A stretch of 64,000 bases of DNA, from contig JAFEAO010000002.1 of assembly GCA_018266375.1 (NCBI GenBank), positions 189,582 to 253,581 of the forward strand. Reading direction: 5' to 3'. This DNA is from Bdellovibrionales bacterium (GTDB taxonomy: Bacteria; Bdellovibrionota; UBA1018; CAIMNF01). A model generated the notes under the pieces. That model saw only the letters and a list, made by a program, of their open reading frames with translations, was not told the origin of the DNA and searched no databases. The position numbers and the translations under genes are program-made. This document shows, in pieces, positions 1-11,581 of the stretch. The number at the start of each line of letters is the position of its first letter. Positions within the stretch are counted from its first letter, which is position 1.

Positions 1-1179
1 GAACTACGCGACGGCGATCCAAAACGTTATCACGGCAAAGGCGTACTGAAAGCCGTCCATTACGTCGAGCGCGAGATCGCTCCAGCCATTGTGGGCAAAG
101 AATTCGTACGTCAGTCGATCTTCGACGATCTCTTGCGCGAGCTCGATGGCACACCCAACAAATCTCGCTTGGGTGCAAACTCGATCCTTCCGGTGAGTAT
201 GGCATTTGCCCGCTTGCATGCGATGACCGCGTATCCGAATAACCCGATGCCTCTCAGTCAAAGCATCGCGCACCTCTACGGATGCCATGGCGTGACTTTG
301 CCGGTTCCACTCATGAACGTATTCAACGGCGGCAAACATGCCGACAACGGAATCGCGATTCAAGAGTTCATGATCGTGCCTCGCGGGTTCAACAAGTACT
401 CAGAAGCGCTTCGTGCGGGTGCGGAAGTGTTCCACCAACTTAAAAAGATTTTGCACAAAAAAGGTCTGACGACTGCGGTGGGTGACGAAGGCGGCTTCGC
501 TCCGAAAATCAGTGACGAGGACGAAGCAGGCCCGGGCTCGCACGAGAAAGTACTCGCGCTTCTTCTCGACGCGATTGAAAGCACCGGTTACAAAGCGGGC
601 TCTCAAATTTTCTTGGCGCTCGATTGCGCTTCCAGCGAATTTGCAATCAAGGGTGGCGCGCCGGGCGCGAAAGTCGAGTACGGCTTTGAAGGTTCAAAGC
701 GTTCGAGCGCCGACATGATCGACATCTACGAAAAGTGGATGAGCAATTTCCCCATCATCTCAATCGAAGACGGCTTGGCCGAACACGATTGGGACGGTTG
801 GAAAGAAATGACCCAACGTTTGGGTAAAGGCCTCCAAATTGTCGGCGACGACTTGTTTGTGACCAATCCGACGTTCTTGAAAAAGGGCATCGACATGGGT
901 GTTGCGAATTCTCTCCTCGTGAAGCTCAATCAAATCGGCACCGTGACCGAAACTTTGGAAGCCATGAAGATGGCTCACGGAGCAGGGTACACGACCGTGA
1001 TCTCTCACCGTTCGGGCGAGAGCGAGGACGCATTTATCGCCGACCTAGCGGTGGGCACCGATGCCGGCCAGATCAAAACCGGATCCCTTTCTCGTACCGA
1101 CCGTACCGCCAAGTACAACCAGCTATTAAGACTTGAACAACACTTAGGTTCTCGTGCAAAATATGCTGGTAGGCAATGA
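1..1179 (+). CDS. eno: Enolase (phosphopyruvate hydratase), 5' end cut by window edge
   Basis: Frame 1 is open from nt 1 (ELRDGDPKRYHGKGVLKAV...). The listed ORF 91..1179 starts at an internal GTG. Enolase hallmarks: SHRSGESEDAFIADLAV and IKTGSLSRTDRTAKYNQLLR. Confidence 0.96.
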   Translation, partial: ELRDGDPKRYHGKGVLKAVHYVEREIAPAIVGKEFVRQSIFDDLLRELDGTPNKSRLGANSILPVSMAFARLHAMTAYPNNPMPLSQSIAHLYGCHGVTLPVPLMNVFNGGKHADNGIAIQEFMIVPRGFNKYSEALRAGAEVFHQLKKILHKKGLTTAVGDEGGFAPKISDEDEAGPGSHEKVLALLLDAIESTGYKAGSQIFLALDCASSEFAIKGGAPGAKVEYGFEGSKRSSADMIDIYEKWMSNFPIISIEDGLAEHDWDGWKEMTQRLGKGLQIVGDDLFVTNPTFLKKGIDMGVANSLLVKLNQIGTVTETLEAMKMAHGAGYTTVISHRSGESEDAFIADLAVGTDAGQIKTGSLSRTDRTAKYNQLLRLEQHLGSRAKYAGRQ

Positions 1180-1469
1180 GCAATCTGAACCCTAATCGCG
1201 CTTGGCTTTTCTTTTTCGGTATTTGGGCGCTCCTATTAACGGGGATGTTCGACTCCTGGTTACAATCTCCAGGCTTAAAGCAGTGGTATAAGGTCAAAAC
1301 CAGCCTCCAGGCTCGTCGTCAAGAGATTGACGAAGTCGAAGCCCGCTCCAATATGCTCCAGCAGATTGCGGTCCAACTCGATAGCAATCCGATCGCTCAG
1401 GAGCGTGAGATCCGTAAGGTCTTGGGTTTTTTGGGTGATAAGGAAGTCGTCTTTGACTTTGTGCCCTAA
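1176..1469 (+). CDS. ftsB: Septum formation initiator, FtsB/DivIC family
   Basis: 97 aa with an N-terminal TM helix followed by a coiled coil. ATGA overlap with the eno stop. eno-ftsB adjacency is common in proteobacteria. Confidence 0.7.
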   Translation: MSNLNPNRAWLFFFGIWALLLTGMFDSWLQSPGLKQWYKVKTSLQARRQEIDEVEARSNMLQQIAVQLDSNPIAQEREIRKVLGFLGDKEVVFDFVP

Positions 1470-1526
1470 ACTCGTCAAAATATTTATAGGCAGGAGGCAT
1501 CCATATGGATTTGGATGCGATGATAG

Positions 1527-1730
1527 ATGCATACAGGCAAAGTCGTTTGGTTCAATGATTCCAAGGGATTCGGATTGATTGAAACGGACAGCGGGCAAAC
1601 CGTGTTCGTCCATTACAGTTCGATTATGGCAGATGGTTTCCGATCACTCGCAGCGGGGCAAAAAGTCGAGTTTGATCTCTACGAGGACTCCGAGAAGGGT
1701 TACCTCGCCAGAAACGTCGTGAACTGCTAG
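1527..1730 (+). CDS. Cold-shock protein, CspA family
   Basis: 67 aa. Motifs GKVVWFNDSKGFGLI (RNP1-like) and VFVHYS (RNP2-like). Confidence 0.93.
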   Translation: MHTGKVVWFNDSKGFGLIETDSGQTVFVHYSSIMADGFRSLAAGQKVEFDLYEDSEKGYLARNVVNC

Positions 1731-1821
1731 ATCGAGATTTACAGCTGAATTTGTCGTGTGTTTAAAATGTGCCGAATGACCGCGAAACAACGACGATGAT
1801 TGATGCCCTGAAAACGACTAC

Positions 1822-1851
1822 GCCGAGTTTTGCACCATTGCAAAACTCGGC
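1822..1851 (+). terminator. Perfect 13-bp hairpin downstream of csp, with no clear T-tract
   Basis: gccgagttttgca-ccat-tgcaaaactcggc read directly. The following bases are not U-rich, so the terminator role is uncertain. Confidence 0.4.
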
Positions 1852-1973
1852 GACCGAGGAGGTTGTGATTGACTAGAGAGAGAACTCGGATTTAAGTCGT
1901 GGTTCGAGCTGTGGCCTGGAGTCCAGGTGTTAGCTCAATCTCTTGAAATCAAAACTTGGTTTTTAGTCTAGTT

Positions 1974-2591
1974 CTAGTAGAACGGGATCGGACCGATAGT
2001 CTGACCGTTGTTCAAGGTCAGGTACACGAGAGCTTGGTTGATGTAACCGTAACCTTGTGTGTATCCGCCGTAACCCGCTTGGCTCATTTGAAGCGTGTGA
2101 ACGATATCAAAAGACATCGATTGTACGCAGAGCTGAGATTGTTGGTTCGGATACGCGCCGTAGCCGTAGTTATATCCGGTTAAAGAATAAAGAACTTGTG
2201 GTTGCAATTGAACTACACCGGTCATCACGCCGCCTTGTGGAGCGATCGCGATTTGAAGTGTGCCGTATTGACTTTGCTTCGGTTGATATTGAATCAAACC
2301 TTGAGTAGCGCCGGCACTTCCCATAGCGACGGTGCCGTGTGCGCCGGGACTAGTGCTGTTGGCTGGCAATGTACCTGCAAGGATGATTGCCGAGTTCATT
2401 TGTGCGTTTGTAGCGGTGAAGCCGAAAGCGCCTGAAGTGAGTGGAACGCAACCGCCTTGGGTCGCGCCGTAATAGCCGGTTTGGTTACCGTAGTAACCTT
2501 GGCCGTTAGGGTAGGGGTTATTGTTGTTGTTGCCGCAAGCGGTGAGGCCGACGGCAAGTAACGCCAATAGGATATTGTTAATCGTTTTCAT
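1974..2591 (-). CDS. Lipoprotein, G/Y/N/Q-rich low-complexity, unknown function
   Basis: Signal peptide with lipobox LTAC. Mature part starts GNNNNNPYPNGQGYYGNQTGYYG. RBS aaggagagagagt precedes the ATG. Confidence 0.7.
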   Translation of the reverse strand: MKTINNILLALLAVGLTACGNNNNNPYPNGQGYYGNQTGYYGATQGGCVPLTSGAFGFTATNAQMNSAIILAGTLPANSTSPGAHGTVAMGSAGATQGLIQYQPKQSQYGTLQIAIAPQGGVMTGVVQLQPQVLYSLTGYNYGYGAYPNQQSQLCVQSMSFDIVHTLQMSQAGYGGYTQGYGYINQALVYLTLNNGQTIGPIPFY

Positions 2592-2791
2592 ACTCTCTCT
2601 CCTTAGTAATACCCTAAGTAAAGCAAGGGGGATGCCAACTCCTGTGTCTAAGACTCAGTCACTCGAAGTCTTCGAGAGTATTGCGATTTTTCCATAATAA
2701 ATAAATAAAATTGATGCCAATGCGGCCAGAGTTTAGGCAGCAAATCGTCTAAAATTTAGACATATGTTACGCATAAACGGGGAAACACGGA

Positions 2792-3841
2792 TCAAGCGAC
2801 CGGACTGACACGTTTGCTCGTCTGTGACTTTGCGATCTGATCGAGCGCAGGAAAGAGATGATCTCCGCTTCCGTCGAGTCGCAACGATTTGGATTGAAGA
2901 AACGCCGGATTGAATATCTTCGAGATGTACTTCTGGCCGCTATCGCACAGGATGGTCACGATGCGATTGCCCGGCCCAAGCTTGCGAGCCATGAGGTATG
3001 CGCCGCAAAGGTTTGCCCCGGTCGAGGAGCCCACGAAGAGGCCTTCGGTCCGCACTATATAATGGACCATGTCCAAGATGTTCTGGTCACTCAACTGAAA
3101 CGCATGATCGACTTCGCAAGGACGGACGTTTTCGGTCACGACGCCTTGGCCGATCCCCTCCGAGATCGTTTCGCCCGGAGTGACTTCGGCCACGCCGCGG
3201 GTAAAGTAGTTATACATCGACGAGCCGACCGGATCGGTGCAGCCGACTTGGATTTTCGGATTCTTCTCTTTTAAGAATTTAGAAATACCTGCAAGCGTAC
3301 CGCCGGTACCGATCGCGCACACAAAGCCCGTGACTTGTTGGTCCGACTGTTCCCAAATCTCAGGACCCGTCGTTTTGTAGTGGGCCATGTAGTTGGCTTG
3401 GTTATCGAACTGATTGATGTAGTAGCCGCCTTCCTCTTTTGCGATCCGCTCCGCGACTTTGCGGTAGTTGGCCGGATCAGGATAGGTCGCCGGCGGAATA
3501 AGCAGAACCTCGGCACCCATGCCACGCATGGTATCGATTTTTTCGGGAGCTTGGTTATTTGGAATCGTGATCTTGGTTTTGTATCCGAGGATGTTGCCGA
3601 TGAGCGCAAGCCCGATGCCGGTATTGCCTGAGGTGCCTTCGACGATGAGTCCGCCCGGTTTCAAGCGTCCGTCTTTCTCCGCTTGGCGAATCATGCCTAG
3701 CGCCGCGCGATCTTTTACGCTACCGCCCGGATTCATGAACTCGGCTTTGCCGTAGATCTCACAGCCGGTGAGCTTGGAGAGCGACTCAAGGTAGATGAGC
3801 GGCGTGTTCCCGACCGATTGAATGAAGTTGGATTTTTTCAT
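2792..3841 (-). CDS. PLP-dependent cysteine synthase / cystathionine beta-synthase family enzyme
   Basis: Motifs NPGGSVKDRAA (PLP lysine), GTSGNTGIGLA and GTGGTLAG. Start placed at MKKSNFIQ (ATG 3841), which forms an ATGA overlap with the upstream gene's stop. Confidence 0.9.
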   Translation of the reverse strand: MKKSNFIQSVGNTPLIYLESLSKLTGCEIYGKAEFMNPGGSVKDRAALGMIRQAEKDGRLKPGGLIVEGTSGNTGIGLALIGNILGYKTKITIPNNQAPEKIDTMRGMGAEVLLIPPATYPDPANYRKVAERIAKEEGGYYINQFDNQANYMAHYKTTGPEIWEQSDQQVTGFVCAIGTGGTLAGISKFLKEKNPKIQVGCTDPVGSSMYNYFTRGVAEVTPGETISEGIGQGVVTENVRPCEVDHAFQLSDQNILDMVHYIVRTEGLFVGSSTGANLCGAYLMARKLGPGNRIVTILCDSGQKYISKIFNPAFLQSKSLRLDGSGDHLFPALDQIAKSQTSKRVSPVA

Positions 3842-4668
3842 ATAAAAACCATGACACCGTAAAACAGTGCACAGAGGATACACCAATTTCTTGTGTTTTT
3901 ATAGGTTGCTTCGTTCATCGTGCGCTGTAAATTCTCCATAAGCATATAAACGACGGTGAGGCTGACTACGATAACCGCAATCGCATTTAAATAGCCGACG
4001 GCATGAAGGGATTCGACAAATCCGGTCGTCCGGAGATGGTTGAGCATGATGGTCACGAGTTCCACCGTGATCAAAATGTAAGAGTATTTAAAAATAGATT
4101 CGAAGTGATAATTGGTGAGCGCAAAGCCGATCCAAAGAATCGCGAGCCATGAAATGCCGTCATAAGACGCAAGGAGTGAGAGAGCGCCGATTGTAAAAGC
4201 GTCGCCGAGCTTGAGGTGGTTCAGCCCTTTGATTCGCTTGTTCCAATTCTTAGCGAAATTAAGGCCAAGCGCTACACCCAGGTAAATCACGGCGCGAACC
4301 GGAAAAGAATTGAAAATTTCGATTTCGCGTAAAATCGGGTGTGCGTACGCCGCTCCCACGAACACGAACGGAAATACGGTGAGAATAAAAAGCAGCGTGT
4401 GTTGATCGAGCGAGCGTTGCTCGGAACCGAGCGATGCAGGTTTGACGATGGACTTAAGAAGCGCCGACAGCAATCCCAAGAAATCGTATCGAAAAAAATA
4501 GACCAAGTAGAAGGCACATACCGTACTGACTAAGGTCGCAAGTTCGGCTGACGACTTGTTCCAATGTAGGAGGTGCTGGCTCACGTCGCTGACCAAGGAT
4601 TGCGGAATCGGGAGAATGGCGGCGAGGGTCGCGAGGAAGCCTTCTACAAGGTATTGAAATGTGGTCAT
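3838..4668 (-). CDS. Polytopic membrane protein, distant UppP/BacA-like (catalytic motifs not conserved)
   Basis: About 8 hydrophobic segments. By-eye colinearity with E. coli BacA (VEGF..LP near the N-terminus, GDAFTIGALSLLA region). The SSTGH and SRSG motifs are absent. Start placed at MTTFQYL. Confidence 0.55.
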   Translation of the reverse strand: MTTFQYLVEGFLATLAAILPIPQSLVSDVSQHLLHWNKSSAELATLVSTVCAFYLVYFFRYDFLGLLSALLKSIVKPASLGSEQRSLDQHTLLFILTVFPFVFVGAAYAHPILREIEIFNSFPVRAVIYLGVALGLNFAKNWNKRIKGLNHLKLGDAFTIGALSLLASYDGISWLAILWIGFALTNYHFESIFKYSYILITVELVTIMLNHLRTTGFVESLHAVGYLNAIAVIVVSLTVVYMLMENLQRTMNEATYKNTRNWCILCALFYGVMVFI

Positions 4669-4789
4669 GTTGTGCTCAAGTCTAGCATAAAACACATAGC
4701 ATAAAAGAACGTATAAACGGGCGGGTGACTTACACTGAACTTACATTGCAATGCTTCATGGATTAGGGCGGACGTGGTCCAATAAGGGT

Positions 4790-5701
4790 ATGAAGACAAC
4801 ATATCGAGACTCATTGTTTTACGCGTTACTGGGGACGATCTGGGTAGGCCTCATTTACTGGATTCCACGCCTCCTCGGACCAAACGGCCTTTACGGCGAT
4901 TGGTTTACGACCAATACCCTGCTCAAATTTTCCGTGCTTTTTATCGGATTGTCGCACCTGACGATCGTTGCGATGAGCCTTGCGTTCCACCGTAGCCACA
5001 CACACCAAGCGGTGAAGTTTAATCCCATCATCGACGGTATCATGCAGACCTGGCTTTGGATGATGACCAGTATGTCGAAACTCGACTGGGTGAGCGTCCA
5101 CGTTTATCACCACACTTATTCGGACACCGAAAAGGATCCTCACAGCCCGGTCCAAAAAGGCCTCGCTCGCGTCTTTTTTTGCGGGGTCGTGGATTACAGC
5201 CGCGCAAAAACCTGGCCTGAAGTTTTGAAAATTCGTAATCGCATTCCGACCAATGCTTACGAGCGCTACATTGCTCGCCACTTGTTCCAGGCGCCGATGA
5301 TTCTCGCGGGTGTGCTCATGGTTTGTTTCGGACCGCTTTACGGCACGATCTTCGCGGCGATGAACTTTGCGATTTCCCCGCTCTTTGCGGTGGGGGGAGT
5401 GAACGCACTCGCGCACTCGATCGGTTATCAAAATTACGACGCCAAGGATGAGAGCCGCAACCTCGGTTTCTTGTTTTTTTTGAACTGGATCATCTCGGGT
5501 GAGCTCGATCACAACAATCACCACAAGTATCCAAAGAGCCCGAGCTTCGCGCATCGCTGGTTTGAATTCGACATCGGTTGGATTTATATTCGCATGCTGC
5601 GCCAAGTCGGTCTTGCGAAAGTGACCGGTAAAATTCCGAAGTATGCACCGGCAGTCGCTAGCGAAATCTCAGTGGTCGAACCGCTTGCCGAATTGTCTTA
5701 A
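4790..5701 (+). CDS. Membrane fatty-acid (acyl-CoA/acyl-lipid delta-9 type) desaturase
   Basis: Three histidine boxes: HRSHTH, HVYHHTYSDTEKDPHSP and HNNHHKYP. An alternative start is at 4751. Confidence 0.87.
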   Translation: MKTTYRDSLFYALLGTIWVGLIYWIPRLLGPNGLYGDWFTTNTLLKFSVLFIGLSHLTIVAMSLAFHRSHTHQAVKFNPIIDGIMQTWLWMMTSMSKLDWVSVHVYHHTYSDTEKDPHSPVQKGLARVFFCGVVDYSRAKTWPEVLKIRNRIPTNAYERYIARHLFQAPMILAGVLMVCFGPLYGTIFAAMNFAISPLFAVGGVNALAHSIGYQNYDAKDESRNLGFLFFLNWIISGELDHNNHHKYPKSPSFAHRWFEFDIGWIYIRMLRQVGLAKVTGKIPKYAPAVASEISVVEPLAELS

Positions 5702-5743
5702 ATAGAATAGCTTCAGTTAACGTGAAAACGTAAACCATAAGAG

Positions 5744-8273
<2,530 letters not shown>

Positions 8274-8332
8274 GTACAATTTTTTAGTCAATCAGACACA
8301 ACGTATTCAACGATAAACAACAAGGAGGTTTT

Positions 8333-8977
8333 ATGTTGAAACTCTACACATCACCCGGAGCGTGCGCGATGGCGTGTGATATTTTGCTCGAAGAAACAGG
8401 TGTACCTTTCGAGCGCAAGCTCGTGGAATTCGATGAAGGCTATTTGGATTCACCTGCGTTTCGCAAGTTGAATCCAAACGGCACGGTTCCGACTCTCGAA
8501 GTCGAGCCGGGCTTAGCGTTGACCGAAGGCCCGGCGATCTTGCAATGGGTTGCTTTCCAAAAACCGGAAAAGAGCTACTTTCCCCAGCCGGTCGTCGGCG
8601 GCAAGCCGAACAACGAGTATTTCCGCGCCGTGGAGTGGATGAACTTTATCGCGACTGAGTTGCACAGCCGCGCTTTCGGCAACCTCTGGGGTGCTGACTA
8701 CTATGTCGCCGATAAGAAAAGCCAAGAAGGTTTCCGTAACGTCGTGACTCACAATCTGCACGAGAAGCTCGACATCGTGAACAAACGCTTGGAAGGCAAA
8801 ACTTACTGCATGGGTAACAACTTCACCGCAGTGGACGCTTACTTGTTTACAATCGTGGGTTGGGCGAAGCCGATGAACATCGACCTCACGCCGTACAAAA
8901 ACATCACCGCGTTCCAAAATCGGGTGTTCGAGCGCCCGGCGGTTCAGCGCGCGATGAAAGCAAACGGTTTGATCTAG
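8333..8977 (+). CDS. Glutathione S-transferase
   Basis: 214 aa. N-terminal thioredoxin-like part (LYTSPGACAMA, NPNGTVPTL) plus a helical C-domain. RBS aaggagg upstream. Confidence 0.85.
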   Translation: MLKLYTSPGACAMACDILLEETGVPFERKLVEFDEGYLDSPAFRKLNPNGTVPTLEVEPGLALTEGPAILQWVAFQKPEKSYFPQPVVGGKPNNEYFRAVEWMNFIATELHSRAFGNLWGADYYVADKKSQEGFRNVVTHNLHEKLDIVNKRLEGKTYCMGNNFTAVDAYLFTIVGWAKPMNIDLTPYKNITAFQNRVFERPAVQRAMKANGLI

Positions 8978-8980
8978 ACC

Positions 8981-9715
8981 TTACTCCGTGATGTAGCCGA
9001 TGCCGGCTTCATCGACCAACTCTTTGTATCGCACGTGCTTTTGACGGACGCGGTATGATCCAATGTTGTTGTGGTAAGACGAAGCATGAGGCCGCACGCT
9101 ATTTCCTCGCGGGTTTATGCTTCGTCTTTTTGTTGGAACAATCCTCATGTCTTGGAGATCGCTCGCGGTGCCGCCTTTGAAGCGGACGACGTGCATCACC
9201 TGAATCTCAGGAATATAGATGTTGGTCGGAACGTCGTTTTGATTCACCAGATATTCGGGGCCGCGGGATTTGAGAGTGAGCTGGCACCCGTTGATGCCCG
9301 GGAGTGGCTCGGCCTCGATCTTGAGCGCGGTTTGCATGGTCTTGTTGCGGAGGACGCTGCGGCTTTCGAGATCCACTCGAATGCAATACTGGGGCGCGAT
9401 GCTCGAAACTTCGTTCGGGATGTTTTGAACGCTGATGTACTTCTTGCCGCGCCAGTTGTTGTGATGGAGTTGCGACACAACGGCTTTAGCAAGTTCGATG
9501 CGATATTGATGGAAGAGGGATCTCGATACGCGTTCATCATCGAGGAGGCGGGCATTGCACACGTTATCTACTGGGAGTTTGTGAGCTGCCTTCACCTGCG
9601 TATCGGTCACGGTTTGATAATCGGTGTGCGCATTTTTAGAGCAAGCGACCATCGCGAGCAGGAGAATGAGTCCTGCCGAGAGAGAGGCGATGCCGGGCGT
9701 ACGTTCCTGTTTCAT
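8981..9715 (-). CDS. Lipoprotein, unknown function
   Basis: Signal peptide with lipobox MVACS. Chosen over the antisense ORF 9071..9901. Confidence 0.68.
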   Translation of the reverse strand: MKQERTPGIASLSAGLILLLAMVACSKNAHTDYQTVTDTQVKAAHKLPVDNVCNARLLDDERVSRSLFHQYRIELAKAVVSQLHHNNWRGKKYISVQNIPNEVSSIAPQYCIRVDLESRSVLRNKTMQTALKIEAEPLPGINGCQLTLKSRGPEYLVNQNDVPTNIYIPEIQVMHVVRFKGGTASDLQDMRIVPTKRRSINPRGNSVRPHASSYHNNIGSYRVRQKHVRYKELVDEAGIGYITE

Positions 9716-9786
9716 GGATGCGGCGATCTTAAAAGAATACGCTTAATGTTACAAGATAAAACCAGTCGGGCATTGTGGGCCCGGCA

Positions 9787-10254
9787 TTATTCAACGGAAA
9801 ACGTAGATTCGAAGAGATCAGAAAGCGTACGGAGGCTGCCTTCGAGCTGCGCGAGATCCTTGCTTGAGACTTCTTTCATGCGTTTGGCGAGAAGGTTTTG
9901 AACGCGAGTGCGGTTCTCGATGTAGATTTTTTTACCCGCAGCGGTGGGGTTGAGCAAAATTTGCCGTTTGTCCGTGGGATGCGGATTGCGAGTGATGAGG
10001 CCTTTGCCGACAAGCAGGTCCACCATGCGCGTGAGCGTCGGAGGCGTGACGCCCATCCATTCGGCGACGTCGCGGTGAGAGGAGCCGGGTTCGCGGTTGA
10101 CTCGGCCAACGACTCGGAACTGAGGAATGGTTAAAGCTTGGTCAAAATTTTTACGGGTCGTGTCTCGAACCGATTTACGCATCTCATTTTTGATGAAACG
10201 CATTAGCGCTGGGATCGTATCTAATACCAATTTCGCCGTTTTTTTCTCGTCCAT
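9787..10254 (-). CDS. MarR-family transcriptional regulator
   Basis: Winged-HTH region LTIPQFRVVGRV...VAEWMGVTPPTLTRMVDLLVGKGLITR..DKR. Confidence 0.9.
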   Translation of the reverse strand: MDEKKTAKLVLDTIPALMRFIKNEMRKSVRDTTRKNFDQALTIPQFRVVGRVNREPGSSHRDVAEWMGVTPPTLTRMVDLLVGKGLITRNPHPTDKRQILLNPTAAGKKIYIENRTRVQNLLAKRMKEVSSKDLAQLEGSLRTLSDLFESTFSVE

Positions 10255-10276
10255 ACCGCAAACTCAGAGTAACATC

Positions 10277-10291
10277 GTTAGTGCAGCTAAC
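10277..10291. promoter_or_regulatory. Inverted repeat GTTAG-N5-CTAAC in the 40-bp marR/tolC divergent gap (candidate MarR operator)
   Basis: Read directly from the sequence. The location between divergent start codons fits a MarR autoregulatory site. No experimental support. Confidence 0.3.
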
Positions 10292-10294
10292 GAA

Positions 10295-11581
10295 ATGAAA
10301 AGAATGAACGCGAGCGTGAGTTTTGCAGTTGTGGTCCTCGTTGTACTCTCCGCCAGGAACGCTTTCGCGGCGATTTCGCTGGATGACGCCTACCAGGCAA
10401 CCGTGGTTCGAAATGAAGACGCGGCTTCGCAAAACGAAGCGGTCCTTCAGGCCGAAGAGCGTTACAAGCTCGCGCGTTCAGCGCTTTTTCCGAACATCAA
10501 TTTAGTTGGGTCGATCGCCAAGCAGGATAATCCGCCTGCGGGGACCGGTAGTTCGATTTCGCCCGCCGATCAGCGAACGTTAAAAATTACCGCTGTTCAG
10601 CCTTTATTCCGCGGTTTTCGTGAATGGGCGGGGCTCAAGCAGCAGGCGATTTTGTCCGAAGCGGCCAAACTCAGTCGCGAGCAAGCCCTCACGCAGCTTT
10701 ATCTGGATGTGAGCGACGTCTACTTTCAATCCCTGCTCGCGCAAATCGACACCAATGATTTGCAAAAAGAACTCGAAGCCAACAAAAAACGTCGCGAAGA
10801 GCTCCTGCGTTTCCGCAAGCTCGGCCGGAGCCGCGACACCGAAGTGCTCAGCACCGAAGCAAACGTGGCGGCACTCGAAGCCTCGCTTGAAGCGTCTTCG
10901 GCCGCTCAGCAAAACAGTTTGACCGCTTTTACGCTTTTGACCGGCTTGCCTGCGAATTCGGAGCTCGTCGATCGCGAGTCGTATCCGGACACCCTTCCGC
11001 CGCTTGCAAGTTACATCGCGAAAATCGAAGACCGTCCCGACATCCGCACGCTCGTTCAAAGCGTCGAGGCATCAGATAAAGGCATCTCAATCGCGCGCGG
11101 TGGGCACCTGCCATCGCTCGATCTTGGAGCCAACTATTATTTTGCACGTCCGGGGGTGCTTGATAACGTGAAGTGGGACGTGACGCTCTCGCTGACATTC
11201 CCGATTTTCCAAGGGGGTGCGGTCCTATCGCAAACGCGCCAAGCAGTATCGGTTCACAAGCAGGATGAACTTGCGCTCGAGAAAGCGAGACGAATCGCCC
11301 GTCAGCAAATCGAGACGCTCTATGCTTCGGTTCAAAGCGATCGTGCGCAGATCATCAAACAAAAACGCTCGACTGAAGCTTCGGACAAAAGTTATCAGGC
11401 GCAGCTGCGCGATTATCGGCTCGGAATCGTGACCAACATCGACGTGCTTCAGCAGCTCACCGGCGCTCAAGCTGCCCAGCGCGCGCTCGACCGCGCCGAG
11501 ATTCAATTCAAATCGGATTACATCAAATTGCTCGGAGCGACGGCCGCGCGGCCGTATCCGGAGAAGGAAACGAAACAATGA
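10295..11581 (+). CDS. TolC-family outer-membrane efflux channel
   Basis: Signal peptide MKRMNASVSFAVVVLVVLSARNAFA. Two OEP repeats (FPNINL..., GGHLPSLDLGANYY). ATGA overlap with the RND gene. Confidence 0.88.
   Translation: MKRMNASVSFAVVVLVVLSARNAFAAISLDDAYQATVVRNEDAASQNEAVLQAEERYKLARSALFPNINLVGSIAKQDNPPAGTGSSISPADQRTLKITAVQPLFRGFREWAGLKQQAILSEAAKLSREQALTQLYLDVSDVYFQSLLAQIDTNDLQKELEANKKRREELLRFRKLGRSRDTEVLSTEANVAALEASLEASSAAQQNSLTAFTLLTGLPANSELVDRESYPDTLPPLASYIAKIEDRPDIRTLVQSVEASDKGISIARGGHLPSLDLGANYYFARPGVLDNVKWDVTLSLTFPIFQGGAVLSQTRQAVSVHKQDELALEKARRIARQQIETLYASVQSDRAQIIKQKRSTEASDKSYQAQLRDYRLGIVTNIDVLQQLTGAQAAQRALDRAEIQFKSDYIKLLGATAARPYPEKETKQ

Noticed and set aside
2746-2758. 13-mer cgtctaaaattta shared with 24812-24824
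   Set aside because: A rough estimate (N squared over 2, times 4 to the minus 13) gives tens of such 13-mer coincidences in 64 kb, and more in AT-rich spacers. It is not evidence for a repeat family.
4826-5605. 259-aa minus-strand ORF
   Set aside because: It is antisense to the desaturase gene, whose three histidine boxes make the plus-strand frame certain.
9071-9901. 276-aa plus-strand ORF
   Set aside because: It is antisense to the lipoprotein gene 8981..9715 (good signal peptide and lipobox) and runs into marR. No motif or RBS was found.
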